DNA of 63,159 nt, filler included. It is 9 parts of 9 records of this genome, joined end to end, with 100 filler letters (N's around TTAATTAATTAA, not from the genome) between each part and the next. Parts side by side here need not be neighbours in the genome. Positions count along the whole stretch, not along the records: positions 28,155 to 37,910 come from SRR31147125_37696; positions 38,011 to 46,505 come from SRR31147125_37699; 7 more parts are not named here. One strand, 5' to 3'. The number at the start of each line of letters is the position of its first letter. Positions within the stretch are counted from its first letter, which is position 1. The notes below the pieces were generated by a model that made no database searches, had not been told where the DNA came from, and saw only the letters and a program-made list of their open reading frames with translations. A program made the position numbers and the translations under genes. This document shows positions 29,598 through 41,200 of the stretch, piece by piece.

Positions 29598-30758
29598 CTA
29601 TTCAGATAACAATTTTTGAATTTGTTCTTCGGAAACATCGTAATGATAAAATAGCTTATAAAAATCTTCGATATCCTTATTCTCAAGTGAATAGCTTTCT
29701 GGATAAACAACACTAGATAACCATTTAACACCCAATAATCTATTACAGCTTCTTGGTCTATCTATCCATGAAAATGGAGCTTTTGGAACAGTAATAACGT
29801 TTTCTTGCACAACCGCTTCTAAACTCTTATATTTTTCATCTGCATATATATCACTTGAAGCATCACTAGCCGAAAAGCCTTCAGTCGGTTCACCATTAAC
29901 AAATATAAAGTCAGGATTCCATTCGATTATGTGTTCAGCACTAACCTCTACCCTATCCTGAACTTCACCGTCAACTTCACAAACATTAACTGCACCAATC
30001 ATATCAAACACTTCCGAAGGAGGAGACCCTATTGCACTTGTATTAAGTGAATTTATTCCATTGCCATAATATATTGTCTTTGGAGTATCTACTTCTTTAA
30101 TTCCCTCAAGAGTAGCTTTTGCATAATCAGAAAGTTCCTTTGCCCTATCCTGTTCATTCAAAATTTCTCCTAAAAACTCGTATACCTCGCTTGTAGCAGA
30201 TAATGATTCATCAACCATAATAATTGGAATCCCAAGTTTTTCTTGAAAATCGTCCATCTTCTTCTGCATATTTTCTGAAAGACTAGCTGCTGAAATAATA
30301 AAGTCGATTTCATTAGCAATTAAACTTTCAGCATTAGCAGTTTTAATTGTGCCTAAAACTGGCAAACCTTTATATTCTTCTAATATAAATTCACTTTCAT
30401 AATCTGTAAACTCATAATTCCAACCAGCAAGCTTTTGTGGGCTAAGGGTATAAATTAAAACAGTTCCAACAGGATTTGTAGCAAATACCTTTTTTGGTTG
30501 CGTAGAAATCACATGTTTTCTGTTTGCCATATCAGTAATTTCTATAGTATCATTCTTCACTTCCTCAGATACTGGCTCTTGTACTACTTCTTCTTCGACT
30601 TCTTGAGTAATTTCTGTTTGAGTTGTATCTTGCTCCACAGCATTATTCAAATCATCACTGTTACCGCACGATACAAATAACATAAGTATCATCAATACAA
30701 GAGACAATATAGTAAAACTTTTTTTCATATACATTTTTCCTTTCATATTTAATCGCAA
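29598..30758 (-). CDS. Class III (helical-backbone) ABC substrate-binding lipoprotein
   Basis: Lipobox VSC, ITDMANR, VSAEHIIEWNPDFI, PFSWIDRP. Confidence 0.85.
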   Translation of the reverse strand: MRLNMKGKMYMKKSFTILSLVLMILMLFVSCGNSDDLNNAVEQDTTQTEITQEVEEEVVQEPVSEEVKNDTIEITDMANRKHVISTQPKKVFATNPVGTVLIYTLSPQKLAGWNYEFTDYESEFILEEYKGLPVLGTIKTANAESLIANEIDFIISAASLSENMQKKMDDFQEKLGIPIIMVDESLSATSEVYEFLGEILNEQDRAKELSDYAKATLEGIKEVDTPKTIYYGNGINSLNTSAIGSPPSEVFDMIGAVNVCEVDGEVQDRVEVSAEHIIEWNPDFIFVNGEPTEGFSASDASSDIYADEKYKSLEAVVQENVITVPKAPFSWIDRPRSCNRLLGVKWLSSVVYPESYSLENKDIEDFYKLFYHYDVSEEQIQKLLSE

Positions 30759-30794
30759 TAAATAAACCTTAATCTTGATTTATTACGACATAAT

Positions 30795-30818
30795 CGTTAT
30801 ACTATTAAAAGTATAACG
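30795..30818. promoter_or_regulatory. ModE-like palindromic operator
   Basis: Perfect CGTTATACT-N6-AGTATAACG between divergent ABC genes. Confidence 0.7.
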
Positions 30819-30844
30819 CAAATAATTTAAAGGGTCAATATATA

Positions 30845-31831
30845 ATGCAAAAATCATTTAAGGTTGGATTTATAATACTATCAGTATCAAGTTTGTTCTT
30901 CATACTTTTGTCTCTATGTTTTGGATACTATAAAGTTTCCATTAGCGAAGTGATGAAGTTTTTATTTATTGATAATTCAAATCAAACCTTGCAAAATGTA
31001 CTGGTTAATATTCGTTTACCAAGAGTTATTGCTGCCTTCGTAATTGGAGTTAGTCTTTGCGTTAGCGGAGCTACATACCAGGGAGTTTTTAAAAACCCCT
31101 TGGTTTCACCAGATATCCTTGGTGTTTCGTCTGGCTGCGGTGTTGGGGCTGCTTTAGGGATATTATATAATCTCCCCTATATTTATATCCAGCTACTTGC
31201 GTTCTTTTTTGGTCTTTTAGCAGTAGCTATAACTTATATACTAAGTAACTCCCTAAAATCGCAGAGTAAAGTCAACATGCTTTTGTGCGGAATAATGGTC
31301 AGCGCTCTTTGCGAATCTTTTTTATCGTTAATCAAGCTTTTTGCAGACGCAACAGAACAGCTTCCTGATATCACTTTTTGGCTATTAGGTTCGATTTCTA
31401 ATGTAAGCAACAAATCATTACTTTTATCACTGCCATTCATATTTGTAGGTTTTATAGTCTTGATGCTGATGTCGAATCAGCTTAATCTTCTTACTCTAAG
31501 TTTTGATGAAGCAAGAAGCCTTGGTGTAAATACTAAGCTTAGTATGAGTATAGTAATAATAGCATCTACACTTATGTGCAGTGGAGCCGTCTGTTTAGGG
31601 GGAAAAATACCGTGGGTAGGTCTTATGATACCTCATATTGCAAGAGGCGTATTTACCAGTAATTATAAAAAACTCATTGTAGGCTGTGCCTTTTTAGGCG
31701 GTGCTTTTTTGCTTTTTGTAGATGATATCATAAGAGCATTGTTTGTTATCGAAGTTCCTCTTGGTCTTTTAATATCCTTTGTTGGTGCTCCATTCTTTTA
31801 TTATATTGTTAAAAAAGGTAGGGTTTCATAA
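30845..31831 (+). CDS. FecCD/BtuC-family ABC permease
   Basis: IRLPRV, FKNPLVSPDILGVSSG, WVGLMIPHIAR. Confidence 0.92.
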   Translation: MQKSFKVGFIILSVSSLFFILLSLCFGYYKVSISEVMKFLFIDNSNQTLQNVLVNIRLPRVIAAFVIGVSLCVSGATYQGVFKNPLVSPDILGVSSGCGVGAALGILYNLPYIYIQLLAFFFGLLAVAITYILSNSLKSQSKVNMLLCGIMVSALCESFLSLIKLFADATEQLPDITFWLLGSISNVSNKSLLLSLPFIFVGFIVLMLMSNQLNLLTLSFDEARSLGVNTKLSMSIVIIASTLMCSGAVCLGGKIPWVGLMIPHIARGVFTSNYKKLIVGCAFLGGAFLLFVDDIIRALFVIEVPLGLLISFVGAPFFYYIVKKGRVS

Positions 31832-32589
31832 TGATAAAAGTTATTAATGCATCTGGAGGATACAATCATAAACCCATAGTTTCTGATATTAATTTTTCTG
31901 CGCAACAAGGAGAAAATATATATATTATAGGTTCTAATGGGAGTGGTAAGACAACGATACTTAAACTTATTCTAAACCTATTAGATTTTTCTTATGGTGA
32001 AATTATTTTAAACAATCAAAGAGTTGGTTCTAGCGTTGAATCATCTAAACATATATCTTATATACCACAATCTCATGAGCAACCTTTTAACTTTACTGTT
32101 TTTGAGATGGTTATGATGGGTCGTATTGGTCAGGCAGGTATATTTTATAAAGCAAGTTCTATTGACGAGAAAAAAGTTATTGACGCTTTAAATGTTCTTG
32201 GTATTAATTATTTAAAGGATAGTGTTTTTAATACCTTGTCTCAAGGTCAGAAAAAAATGGTATTGATTGCTAGAGCAATTTGTAGCGATAATAAAATTCT
32301 AGCAATGGATGAACCATTTTCTAATCTAGATTATAAAAATCAGGCTTTACTTAAAAACACTATATTAGAATTAAACAATAACGGATATAGTTTTATTATT
32401 TCAACTCATAGCATAGATTTAATTCAAGATACATCAAAAGTGCTACTATTAAAAAACGGAAAGCAATTATATTTTGATAAAGCATATGATATACTGAATG
32501 ATGATATCATTAGCGATTTATATGATGTTGATATCAAAATAAAAACGTTAGAAGACAAACAACAAAAACAAAGGTTTATCACTTTTTAA
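31831..32589 (+). CDS. ABC transporter ATPase (FecE-like)
   Basis: GSNGSGKT, LSQGQ, MDEP. Confidence 0.92.
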   Translation: MIKVINASGGYNHKPIVSDINFSAQQGENIYIIGSNGSGKTTILKLILNLLDFSYGEIILNNQRVGSSVESSKHISYIPQSHEQPFNFTVFEMVMMGRIGQAGIFYKASSIDEKKVIDALNVLGINYLKDSVFNTLSQGQKKMVLIARAICSDNKILAMDEPFSNLDYKNQALLKNTILELNNNGYSFIISTHSIDLIQDTSKVLLLKNGKQLYFDKAYDILNDDIISDLYDVDIKIKTLEDKQQKQRFITF

Positions 32590-32590
32590 T

Positions 32591-33106
32591 ATGAATATAT
32601 TTTTAACTGGAGAAGTTCAAGTAGGAAAATCTACAATCATTCAAAAGTATCTAGAGTCCTATACTGGTCATACTCATGGTTTTATTACAAAAAAAATGAA
32701 TGATAATGGTCAAGATAAAATCTATATCTTTGACATCAATGACCCTGATAAATCGCCTAAGCAAAGTAACTTTGCTGCTCTTTGTGGAAATAGCAAGATC
32801 ATTTATAAAATAAATAAACCCTTCGAAACAATTGGCATAAAATCTTTGCAAAACTCAAATTGTGATCTCATTGTTATGGACGAGCTTGGCATAATAGAAA
32901 AAGATGCTCTTCAGTTTCAAAAACAAGTTTTTCTAGCGTTAGATTCCAACACTCCTGTTATTGGCGTTATTAAGCCAAAACATAGCGAATTTTTGGATGC
33001 AATTAGGAACAGACCCGATGTTACAACTTTAAAAATCACTCAAGAAAATAGAGATACTATAGTAAATGAATTTATAGAACTAATGAAAAAAAACATGGGT
33101 ATATAG
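32591..33106 (+). CDS. Nucleoside triphosphatase (NTPase_1/THEP1-like)
   Basis: IFLTGEVQVGKST, GFIT, IVMDELG, ENRD. Confidence 0.85.
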   Translation: MNIFLTGEVQVGKSTIIQKYLESYTGHTHGFITKKMNDNGQDKIYIFDINDPDKSPKQSNFAALCGNSKIIYKINKPFETIGIKSLQNSNCDLIVMDELGIIEKDALQFQKQVFLALDSNTPVIGVIKPKHSEFLDAIRNRPDVTTLKITQENRDTIVNEFIELMKKNMGI

Positions 33107-33147
33107 TTTTATATACCCTAATAAAGACATCATACTTACTAAAATTT

Positions 33148-33717
33148 TTAAAATAAACTATAACTCTCTTTATTCAAAAAATCTTCGTGCTCTAATAGCC
33201 CATCTACAATTACTTTTACATGAGTAGCTAAATCTTCGTCCAATGTTTCCATTGTTTCATTGAGTCTTTCTCTATCAACAGCTTTAGCAAAAGCCTTGTC
33301 TTTCATCTTCTTTTTAACTGATTTTAATGCTAATCCTTCTAGTTTTGTAGGACGCATAAGTGCTACTGCAATAATAAAACTCGACATTTGGTCTACTGCG
33401 CAAAGCACCTTTTTAGCTGTATCATCCCTTAAATCATTACCGTTTTTATCAAATACCGCGTGAGACTCAATGCATTCAATAATGTATTCGTCTACTTCAA
33501 ATGCTGTAAGCATTTCGCGCGCTTTATTTGGATGCTCACTTGGATATTTTTCAAAATCTATATCATGTAGCAACCCAATGTTCCCCCATAAGTTTTCATC
33601 TTCACCATATTTTTTAGCATATGCAATCATAGAAGCCTCTACTGCAAAGCAATGTCTCATTAAACTTTTTTCACTTACATGTTCTTTTAAAATTTCTAAT
33701 GCTTTTGCTCTTTCCAT
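33148..33717 (-). CDS. HD-domain hydrolase
   Basis: RH...GLLHDIDFE; KKMKDKAFAKAVDR. Confidence 0.85.
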   Translation of the reverse strand: MERAKALEILKEHVSEKSLMRHCFAVEASMIAYAKKYGEDENLWGNIGLLHDIDFEKYPSEHPNKAREMLTAFEVDEYIIECIESHAVFDKNGNDLRDDTAKKVLCAVDQMSSFIIAVALMRPTKLEGLALKSVKKKMKDKAFAKAVDRERLNETMETLDEDLATHVKVIVDGLLEHEDFLNKESYSLF

Positions 33718-33911
33718 TTTTATACCTCTTATATATCATAAATAATTGTATTAAATAATATTATATTACTATTAATACCATTAAACAATAATTATCTTTA
33801 TAATTTTGTAAAATGCAAATTAATATTTTAAGAATATTATATAAATAACACACTTTCTATGTTAATATAATTTATATAGAAAGTTCTAATTCCAAAACAT
33901 GCGGAGAAATT

Positions 33912-34691
33912 ATGCAATCAAAGCCAAATACTATATATAGACTATTTACTAGCCTTTTAAGGTTTTTTTCTTTTGTTTTTTAGATGTAAAAGTTGAAGGA
34001 CTTGAAAATATAAAAAAGCAAAGCTATTTATATCTATCAAATCATAGCAGCTGGATTGACCCTGTTTTGCTGTTTGCATATATCCCAAGACATCACAAAA
34101 TAACATTGTTTGCCGAGCAAAACTCTGGACATAAAAAAATTCATATCGAAACTAATCCACTATGCTAAAATCGATTTTATAGATGTAGATAGAACAGATA
34201 AAAAATCTAGACTTATTTCAATTAGAAAAGCAATTAAAGCTATATCCCAAGGTAATTCAATGCTTATTTTCCCTGAAGGTAGACTCAACAATGTAGATAA
34301 CTGTTTTTATCCTTTTTATAAAGGCAGCTTTTTTATAGCAAAACACAGTGAATCTACTATAATGCCTATTTACATTAGAGGTTCTGAGCAAATATATTTT
34401 AGAAGACAGATAATTATAGCGTTTGGAATGCCTGTTAAAACCACTAGAAAGCAACATATTGAAGAGCTTGGTACAAAAACATATTACTATATGAAAGACG
34501 AGCTTTGCCCTAAAAAACCCAAAAATAACCATACGAAAAAAATACTTGATATAACCAACCTCTTTTTAGGTGCACCACTAAACACACCATCAATTAGCGA
34601 AACCAATATTCCGCTTATAGATGGCAACAGTAATCTAGAGCACTTTAAAAAAGCAAAACAAGACAGCATTATAAAATATAACTTGGAGTAA
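33912..34691 (+). CDS. Lysophospholipid acyltransferase (PlsC family), frameshifted near the 5' end
   Basis: SNHSSWIDP (H-x4-D) near 34037 and FPEGR in the 34110 ORF. Confidence 0.8.
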
Positions 34692-34695
34692 CATA

Positions 34696-36132
34696 ATGGA
34701 TAACAAATTGAGTATCAAACAGAAATTACTTTACGCATTTGGCGATATATTTGGCGGTGGCGGATTTACGATTATCGGATTTTTATTTGCGTTCTACGCT
34801 ACTAATGTAGTTGGATTAAGAATCGTATACTTAGCTCCAATAACATTTATTGGAAGCCTTTGGGATGCGATAAGCGACCCCCTAATGGGTCATATTACTG
34901 ATCAAACAAAGTCTAAGCTTGGACGAAGAAGACCATATTTTCTGTTTGGTTCAATCTTGGTATTTGTATCCTTTATTATAATCTGGCTTCCTGTAGATTT
35001 AGACACTCAAATGGCAAAGTTTATATATGTTTTAGCTTCGTATTTGCTATATTGCACTGTATTTACAATTGTTATGGTTCCTTATTTTGCTTATGGCGCA
35101 GAACTAACAAGTGACTATGTTGAACGCACTAAACTTGGAACTATACGTCTTGTAGTTTCAAGCATTTCTTCACTAATGGTTGCTGTGTTACCGCTTACTA
35201 TTGTTGGATTATTTGATGATTTAAGATTAGGCTATCTTGCTATGAGTATAGTTTTTGGCTTGGTATTCGCTTTTGGCATTTTTTCAGTTTTTTTTGTTGG
35301 CAAAGAGCAAAAAATTGAACAGGAAAGAGTTAAGCATAAACTAAATTTTTTCAAATCATTTAAGGAATCTTTAAGCATAAAGGCTTTTAGACAACAAATA
35401 ATTGTTTATCTTTGTGGTACAATGGGGATAGATATAATAGTTACAATGATGCTCTATTATGTTGTATATTATGTTGGCATATCCGAATCTAACGGGCAGA
35501 TTTTTCTTGGACTTGCTATGATTGTACAAATTATATTTATTCCAATATGGACAAAATATATAATAAAAACCTCAAAAAGCAAAGCTTACTTCATTGGTGC
35601 AATGATAGCTTCTACTTTTTTAGGCGTCATGCTGTTAATACCTCAAGGGGCAAAGATGATATATTACCTTATTGTGATTGCTTTAGCCTGCACTGGAATA
35701 AGCGCAGTTATGTTTATACCACACGTAATGTTCCCTGACTGTACTGATGTAGCAGAGCTCGCTTACGGAAAACGTATGGAAGGAAGATTAAGTGGTGTTA
35801 TGACATTTTGTAGAAAATGTGGACGTGCTCTTTCAACATCTTCAATAACAATAGTACTGGGTCTACTTGGATATATCGAAAGTAATAATAGCTCTTATAT
35901 AGGACAATCTCAAATAGTTGTTGTTGGTATAAAAGCGATCACTAGTGTTTTGCCAATACTGCTTTTTATTACAGCAGCTTTAGTCGTTAGAGGTTATAAA
36001 TTAGATTGTAAAACACACGACAGGCTAATAAAACACCTGAATTATACAAACAATAAGCCAAACGGATATAAAATGTCACCTTCAGAACTTAAGGAAACAT
36101 GGGAAAATCTTATTGGTAAATGGCGAGATTAA
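34696..36132 (+). CDS. GPH-family (MelB-like) MFS symporter
   Basis: WDAISDPLMG..TD...GRRRPY; ELTSDY.ERT. Confidence 0.9.
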   Translation: MDNKLSIKQKLLYAFGDIFGGGGFTIIGFLFAFYATNVVGLRIVYLAPITFIGSLWDAISDPLMGHITDQTKSKLGRRRPYFLFGSILVFVSFIIIWLPVDLDTQMAKFIYVLASYLLYCTVFTIVMVPYFAYGAELTSDYVERTKLGTIRLVVSSISSLMVAVLPLTIVGLFDDLRLGYLAMSIVFGLVFAFGIFSVFFVGKEQKIEQERVKHKLNFFKSFKESLSIKAFRQQIIVYLCGTMGIDIIVTMMLYYVVYYVGISESNGQIFLGLAMIVQIIFIPIWTKYIIKTSKSKAYFIGAMIASTFLGVMLLIPQGAKMIYYLIVIALACTGISAVMFIPHVMFPDCTDVAELAYGKRMEGRLSGVMTFCRKCGRALSTSSITIVLGLLGYIESNNSSYIGQSQIVVVGIKAITSVLPILLFITAALVVRGYKLDCKTHDRLIKHLNYTNNKPNGYKMSPSELKETWENLIGKWRD

Positions 36133-36133
36133 A

Positions 36134-36913
36134 TTATGCGCTGGTAATTATATTCTGATTATCATCTATCATCGTTTTATAACCAAATGTTAGTGCTAAA
36201 AAAGTTGCAACAAGTGATGATATGGTAATCGCAATCATTATTGCTAATTGATAAAGAACTGCTGTACTTGGTATAGTTCCAGATAATATCTGACCAGTCA
36301 TCATTCCTGGAAGAAAAACAATACCCATTCCGGCCATACTATTAAAAGTTGGTACAATTGCAGTTTTAATAGAATCTGATACCATTGGCTTTAATATTTC
36401 CTTTGGTTTAACTCCAATATTTATCAGCGATTCTATCTTGTTTTTTTGTGCCTTTGTAGTATTTAAAAATGTATTAATGCCCAAAACTTGAGCCGTCATA
36501 GAATTCCCTACTAGCATACCTGATATCGGTATAGCGTATCTTGGGTTGAATATGCTTTTATCAATCAAAACGACTACAAAAAAAACAAGTATTAATGTAT
36601 TAACAATGATTACAGCACCTATAGTATAAGCTCTAAACTTTTTATTTAATCCACTACACTTATTAATTATTCTAAATGCAGAAAAAACTATCATAACAAA
36701 TACATATGCAATAACAAAAATAGCCCTTGGTTTATTTAAAATATAAATTAAAACTAATCCAGCTATAACAAGCTGAACACACATTCTTACACTAGAAACA
36801 GCAAGTTCTGCGAAAATATCAACATTTGCGTATCTAATTAAAAATCCTATAACTAAGAGTATCGCATAAAAAATCAAAAAACTCTTTATCTCTATAATTG
36901 CAATGTCCTGCAT
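36134..36913 (-). CDS. FetB/YbbM-like ABC permease
   Basis: RMCVQL, IPISGMLVGNSM, LPGMMTGQILSG. Confidence 0.9.
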   Translation of the reverse strand: MQDIAIIEIKSFLIFYAILLVIGFLIRYANVDIFAELAVSSVRMCVQLVIAGLVLIYILNKPRAIFVIAYVFVMIVFSAFRIINKCSGLNKKFRAYTIGAVIIVNTLILVFFVVVLIDKSIFNPRYAIPISGMLVGNSMTAQVLGINTFLNTTKAQKNKIESLINIGVKPKEILKPMVSDSIKTAIVPTFNSMAGMGIVFLPGMMTGQILSGTIPSTAVLYQLAIMIAITISSLVATFLALTFGYKTMIDDNQNIITSA

Positions 36914-36971
36914 TGTTATAACCGTCCTTTATCTGATATAAGCATCAAGCTTGGTAAATTTATTTAACAAC

Positions 36972-37585
36972 CTACATCTTTATCCATTCATCCGAAAACT
37001 GTTTTGCCAGTTTTTCATTATGAGTAATCATAACTGTTGTTATACTGCTTTTATTACAGTACTCTTTTATATTCTTAATGACTTGATATGCAATCTTATC
37101 ATCTAGTGCACTGGATGGTTCATCTAGTAAAAGCACTTTAGGCTTCATAGATAGATGAACTGCTAAAAAAGCCTTTGCTTTTCTCCACCAGAAAAGTTAG
37201 AACAATCATCCGTTAATGCTTTATCTAGGCAGCAGAGCTTGATGTAATATTCCATGAGTTCTTTTGTAGGTGCATTTAAACCTAAATATTTATAATACTC
37301 ATTAAAGTTGTTTTCAATATCACCATCAAAAACAAAGCTAGATTGTCCAATTAAAAGTATATCTTTTCTTAAATCTATAGCATCGATATCCTTAATGCTT
37401 ATATTATTATAAAGTACATCACCGCTTGACATCCTTGCAGTTTTATTAAAAAGTTTAAATAGCGTGCTTTTCCCGCAACCTGATGCCCCTGTTATAACGG
37501 TCATTTTACAACTTTGTATAGTGATATCTTTGTAAAATAAAAAGTCCTCAAAGACCAAATCTTTTATGCTAAGTATAGTATTCAT
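36972..37585 (-). CDS. FetA/YbbL-like ABC ATPase, frameshifted near 37165; 3' end approximate
   Basis: GASGCGKST, FSGGEKQR; LLLDEPSSALD continues in another frame. Confidence 0.8.
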
Positions 37586-37695
37586 AATAATATAATATCA
37601 TAACCATTTTTAAAATAATAGGTAATATTTTAATCTGATTGACTAATGAGTTTATAGATGGGATAATTAACATATAAACTTTGCGAGGTGATTAT

Positions 37696-37910
37696 TTGAG
37701 TGTAAAAAGCATCATAAAAAGGCTACTATTTATTTTGTTATTTCCTTTTTCATTGTTAATAGTATACCTTGCAAAATCAAATCCTGAAATTGTTGAGCGC
37801 TTATATTCTAACGGTATATACCCAATACTATCTAAGTTTATTTCTTCGATATTTTCTTTTTCAAAGTATTCTATATTTGAAATTTTTGTGTATGCCTTCA
37901 TTACTTTTTT
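37696..37910 (+). CDS. N-terminus of a membrane protein (DUF3810-like), truncated
   Basis: P.IVERLYSNGIYP...FS..E pattern. Confidence 0.5.
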
Positions 37911-38200
37911 NNNNNNNNNNNNNNNNNNNNNNNNNNNNNNNNNNNNNNNNNNNNTTAATTAATTAANNNNNNNNNNNNNNNNNNNNNNNNNNNNNNNNNN
38001 NNNNNNNNNNTTTTAAATCAAGCAGCAATCAAAGACTTTATTGCCACCAAGGTTCTAAGAACACCAAGACAAGCACTGAGAAGAACCAAGAGGGCCTCAG
38101 AGGAGCAAAAGACCTTACATAACCATAACCACAATCGCCAAACAAATTTCATAGATCCTGCATTGGCAAAGCGTGGCGAAGCTGACGCCCATCTCACGAT

Positions 38201-41200
38201 CTACCAGATCGATTCCCTCATATAGATCAAGCGTGGGTTGCTTTTATAAATTCCAAAGGTTGCAGTCGCCGTCGGATCATTTCCACTGACTTGCAACCAT
38301 TCCATCCCGGCACCGGTTGCATCTGAAAGGTCCAGAGTCAAAACAACACTGCCATCATTCCCCACTCCTGGGGCACTCAGGCTCAAAGAATGTCCTATTC
38401 CAGCAATCAAGGAACCACTTCCAGAGGGCGTCGTTTCCCCACTAGACAGATCCCCCTGAAAGGATCCAAGTTGAAAATGGACAGCATCATATGCTGTACA
38501 GCTGTCAAGTGAGTTCAAGGTAAAGACTGAACCATCATAGTATTCAGTCAGAACAGGCACGGTTAGAGGCTGTGTTTCAGGGCCGTAAACATTTTGCACC
38601 ACAAGTTGGCCATAGCGTTGTTCACCACCCAGAACCGATGCCATTGTATAAGCGTCACAGGCCCCATCAGCATCCGGGTCATAACAAACCCCGTCATCAT
38701 CTGTCAGGTCAGACACCGCAAAAGTCAGATCAATGTCCACATTAAACGGAGCCTCAGGTGCAACAGGTTTTGCATGTACCAGAAATTCACCCGATAGCGT
38801 CGCGGTTCCCTGGCCATCGTAATCGGCCTGCCCCCCCAAGTGAGGCTTCCCAACGTTGAAATCCCCAGCGTCGAGGCTGTCACCGCGTTATTGGAATAGG
38901 ATCGTCCGCTCATGGATGACGTCAGAGACCAATAGGCCCCGCCATAATTCTGCGTTACGTTCCCGGCACGATTTAACGCTGTCAGCGTCAAAACAGGATC
39001 GACCAGATAAGAAAAAGGTTGACCAACGTAAGTAAAAGCTGCGCTGCAAGCATTGGCAAAGACAGGTGTATTGGCGCTGACACTGAAGCGAGCCGGCACG
39101 AAACGCCCGAATCCGCTACTGCCTGGAGTGACCGGGATTTGCGGATTACCGAAGAAACAGCCGTATTGTCCGCCGACCAAAGCGTTGGAAAAATCGGCCG
39201 TGCAATCATTTGGATGATCGACCGCGGTAAAGCTATCATCGTAAACCGTATTTTGTGACAGACCGAACTGGCCAACTTCTGAATAACTGAATGTCCCGCT
39301 GGCAACCCCCGTACTGCCCGATGCCGCAGAGAAAGCCCCGACAAGTGTTCCAGCATTAGGAGAACCGACAATTAAAGAAGGATCGAGCTGTGGAGTACCA
39401 TCATATCCCACGGCGGCTTCAGCACTAAGAGCAAAGGAATCTCCCGCCACAATGATCGGAGTTCCGCTGGCTGCAGTATTATTGGCATCACTGGACGTCA
39501 CAATAAATGATTGCGGACGAATCGAAAAATTATCGCTGGAACAAGCCGGAGCCGATGCCCCTGCCTGAACACGCACTTTCACATTACGCGCTGCATTCGG
39601 GTAGTTAAAGGAGACCGGCTTACGGCCCGCATCAGCCAGCGCTATGGAAAGAGTCGCAGGCGTCGTTAAACCACTCCCGTTCGGGCAGGATGAACTGCTC
39701 GCATCAACGAGATCGACACTGACCGTGTTGACATAATTCGTATTGATAGTCGTCGCATCCAACAAAGCAAGAACATCGATGTCAAACGCAACCCCAGATA
39801 ATTTAGTGTAAATAGGAGTCTGTGGCGAAGCGCCACTCTCTACGGCATCAAAAGCGCACGATTCATTGGCAAAAGTCATCGTGCAGGTTTGACTGGCTCC
39901 ATTGTAACATTGCGTTGCTGCTGCGGGGTTCGGAGAGATATTGTTCGTACCGAGGGTCACGTCTCCGGGAACTCCCCACGACAACTGCCGAGACGCAATG
40001 CCGCCGGAGAATGTAAACGTGTCACCACCGACCCAACCTGTCGGACTCATATTGACCGTTACAGATCCCGGATACAACGCTGTACACCCGGCATCCATAC
40101 ATGCTTTAACCGTTACCCATTCCGGTGAGCAGATCGAAGCGGTCCCGTCATGTTCAATGCGGATATGGTCAAACGAGCCGCTACAAGAACGTCCCAGCGT
40201 CATATCCGCCTGCACCTGTTGTTGAGTCATTTCAAAGCCATAGAGTTTGACTTCGTCGATCATCCCTCGAAAGTTTCGATCTGGAATGACAGCACAATCA
40301 CCAGTCCCGACGTCCCCACCGATATGAACCAGGCAATCGTTCGTCGCCAGAGTTCCCGACCAGTTATTGGTATTTCCATCCAGAACCCCGTTAATGTAGA
40401 TCCGCTGCCTTCTGACTCCTGACGAGGAATCCAGAGTGATGGCAACATGGGTCCACTGATTCAGAGGGATTGTACTGGCCGATGTCAGCGTCGACGCCTG
40501 CCACCACCAGAACAGACGACCGGAACTGTTCAAATGAAATTCGTAGTTAACATCATTTGACAGGATTGAATACAACCCGCTTGATGGATAGGCGGTCGGA
40601 TAAATCCAGGCCGTAGCGGATAGCTCCGTCGTATAATCAAATAATGGGCTGTCAGCAACCTCGAGAACAGTGTTCCCATCAAAAACCGCCGAGTTGCAAA
40701 AACTCCCTATCACAGATGCGTGCTGGTCTGCAATCGCAGGGGCTGGATCCACGGGAGCCGAAATACCACTGGTACTGTTCATCCGGCCATGTAGAACCGT
40801 CCCTCCACTGTCAATGACCTCGCCCGACACACCCGACCACGAACCAACAAGTTCATCCATACGAAACTGGGTCACGGCACTTCCCAGAACCAGAACCGTT
40901 GCACTTGAAGGCGTTGCCCCGGCCGAGCTCACCGTGTTGATCAAGGTTCCCTGCTGTGTCAGCGAGACCGCTAATGTCAGATAGGCGGTTGAGCTTCCGG
41001 GGAGGTCATCAATCACCCAAGACACGTCCTGCCCTGACACTGTAACAGCACCATCAGAGACCACGTGCGTAATGTATGTCATCCCAACAGGAAGAGGGTC
41101 TAACACAGTCACTGCTGTGAAAGGATCAGCTGAAGGATTGCTGACCGATATGGAAAAAGTCACCGTGTCACCGACCGCCGCAGCCGTCGTACTTGCCACT

